The notes beneath the pieces were generated by a model that did not search any database, was not told the DNA's origin, and saw only the letters and a list, made by a program, of their open reading frames with translations. Below, one piece after another: positions 61,584 to 64,000 of a DNA stretch of 64,000 nt; the first letter of the stretch is position 1, and every line of letters starts with the position of its first letter. Source of the DNA: Verrucomicrobiota bacterium (lineage in GTDB: Bacteria > Verrucomicrobiota > Verrucomicrobiia > Limisphaerales > J093). The DNA lies in assembly GCA_016716505.1 (NCBI GenBank), contig JADJWF010000002.1, forward strand, positions 471,597-535,596, read 5' to 3'. The translations under genes were made by a program, and so were the position numbers.

Positions 61584-63404
61584 TCAGGCGATCACCGAAC
61601 GGTTGACATGCTCGCCCTTTGGCGGCCGCAGCGCGGGGTCCGGCGGGTGTGTCTCCGCACCGCGATACTCGGTGGCGCGGCGAAACTCGAGCCGCGCGCT
61701 GCGGACATCGGCGTCGTCGGCCGAAACCGCCCGCACCGACAGTTCGTAGTCGCCATCGGGCAGGGCAAACCGCAGCGCGAACGAGCCGTCGGGCCGCAAC
61801 TTCACCGGCCGGCCGGCGACGGTCAGCTTGGCATCCGGTTCCGTGGCGCCGTACACGATCAACTCGGCATTCACGTTGAACCAGAAGCCTCGGCGGCCCG
61901 GAGCTGCGCCGCCGGCTTCGAGACTCGAAACCTCGCCGGCCAGTCTGCGGATGCCCTCCGGTCCGGCGGCTTCCTCGCCGGCCGCAAACCCCGCCGAGGA
62001 CGGCGCCGACGGTCCTTCCCCCGCGGCCTCGCGGACCAGTTCGGTAACGTCCAGCGATCCGACCCAGACCCGGCGATTGGGGGCGACGTGGAGCACCTCA
62101 GCGAGGGCACGCTGCTGTTCGGGAGTCCACGCCGGCGGAGCGGCGGCGCCAATCTCCGGCAAGGCGGTGAAGCCGGCTTCCCGCAACTGGTTAATGGCCT
62201 GGATCAACGGCGCGCTGACCTCGGCGGCTTCCTTGACCTTGGCAAAGATCTCCGCAAACGGGACGTCCACCGGAATCGTCGCGAACTCAGCACTCTCGGT
62301 CGGCGCGGGTTTGTCCGCAGGCACCGCCACGGGCTCTGAAACGCCAAGTGACTTCCATTCGCGCGGCGGCTGGTAGCAGCCCAGTTCCGCCAGATAAGTC
62401 CCCCCGCCGGTGACGGTCACGAACCAGGAGGTGGCCCCGGCCGGCAGCACCACCAGCACGCCGCCACCGGGCGGGGCTGTGGCGGGACGAACACTGAGAA
62501 TGAGATGACCATCCACCGACTGACTGGCAGCGGTTCGGAGTTGGTCCGCCGAAAAGTCCCATTGCACGAGCAGGCGTTGCGGGTCGGCGAGGGTGACCCA
62601 GACACGCCCGGTCGCATAACTCTCTGGCAAGCCCGCATCGGGCAGATGGACCGGTCCTGGTGCCGACCCGGTGAAGAACCGGGCGCCCGGACCGCTGACG
62701 GCCGGCACCGGTGGCACGTCGCCCTCGAACAGGCTGGGCGGAAGCGGTGGCGGTCGCCGGCTGGGCTGCGGCGGCATGGGGGCCGACGTGGCGAACGGTA
62801 CGGTCCGCCTGGTGCTGCCGCGCGCCAGTGACTTCGGGGCTGGCCTCACCGGAGTTGAACCGGCGCCGCCCGCTGCCCGGCGCGCGGGCTCCACAGCGCG
62901 ATCGCTGCGGGAAGCCGGAACGGCTGGCGGGGCTGGCTGTTCACGAGCTGTCACTGCGGCCTTTGCCGGTCGGGCCGCCTTGGGCTGAACTGGCGCGCCG
63001 GCACTCGGAACGGCCGTCGCTGTTTCTAACTGGGACTTGGACGCTTTCGGGCGAGCGGAGGCCGTTGCGGCCTTGCCCGCTGCCGGCACCGCAACCGGCC
63101 CGGTCGTGGCCGGCTTGGCAGCGCCGCGGGCTCGCCCGGCCTTGCGGGGTGTCGTGCCGGCCGGCTCAGCCGGCGTCTTCCCGGCCGATGATTCGGCGGA
63201 CGCCAGCGACGGAGCCTCACCCTTCGACTTCGGTTGCGATTCCGTGTCTGGCGCAGTCTTGGCGCGACGGTGCTTTGTCTGGCCAGTGGCGGGCACGGCA
63301 GAATCCGCGCGCGTTTCAGCGGGCTTGGCGCGGACCGCCGAGGACGGGCGTCGCAGCGCCTTGCTGGACTTGCTGGTTGAAGCGTCTGGATCTGGCGACT
63401 TCAT
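61584..63404 (-). CDS. DUF4912-domain protein with a Lys/Ala/Pro-rich N-terminal region
   Basis: ATG at 63404 (MKSPDPDAS...). About 270 aa of basic low-complexity sequence is followed by the DUF4912-like core (YATGRVWVTLADPQRLLVQWDFS...) and a C-terminal beta domain. The maximal ORF (to 63995) runs antisense through cobA. Confidence 0.7.
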   Translation of the reverse strand: MKSPDPDASTSKSSKALRRPSSAVRAKPAETRADSAVPATGQTKHRRAKTAPDTESQPKSKGEAPSLASAESSAGKTPAEPAGTTPRKAGRARGAAKPATTGPVAVPAAGKAATASARPKASKSQLETATAVPSAGAPVQPKAARPAKAAVTAREQPAPPAVPASRSDRAVEPARRAAGGAGSTPVRPAPKSLARGSTRRTVPFATSAPMPPQPSRRPPPLPPSLFEGDVPPVPAVSGPGARFFTGSAPGPVHLPDAGLPESYATGRVWVTLADPQRLLVQWDFSADQLRTAASQSVDGHLILSVRPATAPPGGGVLVVLPAGATSWFVTVTGGGTYLAELGCYQPPREWKSLGVSEPVAVPADKPAPTESAEFATIPVDVPFAEIFAKVKEAAEVSAPLIQAINQLREAGFTALPEIGAAAPPAWTPEQQRALAEVLHVAPNRRVWVGSLDVTELVREAAGEGPSAPSSAGFAAGEEAAGPEGIRRLAGEVSSLEAGGAAPGRRGFWFNVNAELIVYGATEPDAKLTVAGRPVKLRPDGSFALRFALPDGDYELSVRAVSADDADVRSARLEFRRATEYRGAETHPPDPALRPPKGEHVNRSVIA

Positions 63405-63590
63405 AGAGCCGGATAGGACGGGGCGATTGGCACCCTGTCTGGGCGCAGTTAAGTGCAGCCCGCCGGCCGGGTGCAACGGAAAAGACCTGAAACGGTTTGC
63501 GCCGGCCCGGCACGACGCCGTCGTCGCCCCGCCGGGGGTGTCAGCCGGGAGTTGCCCCGGCCCCCGTCGCGCCGGTAGGTTTGCTGGCGG

Positions 63591-64000
63591 ATGAACAAGA
63601 AAGGAACGGTTTATCTCGTGGGCGCCGGCCCCGGCGATCCGCAGCTCCTGACGCTGCGGGGGGCCGAGTTGCTCCGGCAGGCGGACGTGGTCGTGCTCGA
63701 CGCGTTGGCCAGCCCCGAGTTGCTTCGGCTCTGTCGCGCCGGCGCGGAACTCATCCAGCGGCGCCGCGACCAGCCCATGCCCCAGGCGGAGTTGACCGCG
63801 CTGCTGGTGGAACATGCGCGCGCCGGCCGGATGGTGGTACGACTCAAGGGCGGGGACCCCTACATCTTCGGCCGCGGGGGCGAGGAGGCCGAGGGCCTGG
63901 CAGCGTCGGGCGTGCCGTTTGAGGTGGTGCCGGGGGTTTCGTCCATTGCGGCCGTGCCCAATTACGCAGGCGTGCCGCTGACCCACCGGGAACACTGCTC
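63591..64000 (+). CDS. cobA: Uroporphyrinogen-III C-methyltransferase (5' part; runs off the window)
   Basis: My own translation from the ATG at 63591: [39 protein letters not shown]...[20 protein letters not shown]...[21 protein letters not shown], which are classic SUMT motifs. It is absent from the ORF track because no stop is reached. Confidence 0.85.
   Translation, partial: MNKKGTVYLVGAGPGDPQLLTLRGAELLRQADVVVLDALASPELLRLCRAGAELIQRRRDQPMPQAELTALLVEHARAGRMVVRLKGGDPYIFGRGGEEAEGLAASGVPFEVVPGVSSIAAVPNYAGVPLTHREHC

Noticed and set aside
60077-61606. 509-aa plus-strand ORF
   Set aside because: It is antisense to the GH57 branching-enzyme gene.
63405-63995. N-terminal 197 codons of the maximal 803-aa ORF 61584-63995
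   Set aside because: This part is antisense to a clear cobA coding sequence (63591 onward) and has no protein-like composition. The internal ATG at 63404 gives a sensible DUF4912 protein.

Overview
High-GC (roughly 65%) bacterial chromosomal segment. The gene content suggests a Verrucomicrobiota- or Planctomycetota-like organism: PEP-CTERM proteins, FG-GAP/VCBS and FGE-sulfatase domain proteins, a TAT-signal Gfo/Idh/MocA oxidoreductase, and a GH57 plus DUF4912 pair. That assignment is inference only. Most of the window is ordinary core metabolism: fur-sufB-sufC, a six-gene Ech-type group 4 [NiFe] hydrogenase operon (echABCDEF), an arabinan/arabinose cluster (GH51 abfA, ROK regulator, araA, Zn-ADH), PFOR with a DHOD-like partner, lysC, queA, fcl, a GH57 branching enzyme, a partial cobA and one tRNA-Glu(CUC). 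The most unusual stretch is about 42.3-48.6 kb. It holds a truncated integron-integrase-like gene pointing away from a visibly less GC-rich run of ORFs, and these ORFs are separated by attC-like imperfect inverted repeats (GGCTAAC ... GTTAGCC/GTTGGAC, with an extra base in the 5' arm). The putative cassettes carry an HNH-like mini-protein, an S8 peptidase interrupted by an in-frame TGA and coupled to a PEP-CTERM protein, and a second PEP-CTERM protein. I read this as a decayed chromosomal integron. A second clear non-coding call is a fluoride (crcB-motif) riboswitch upstream of a DUF190 / CPA2 antiporter / USP operon that has no crcB or clcF. Many long ORFs in the six-frame track are antisense or out-of-frame artefacts of the high GC content and were rejected. 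Several real genes start well inside their maximal ORFs.
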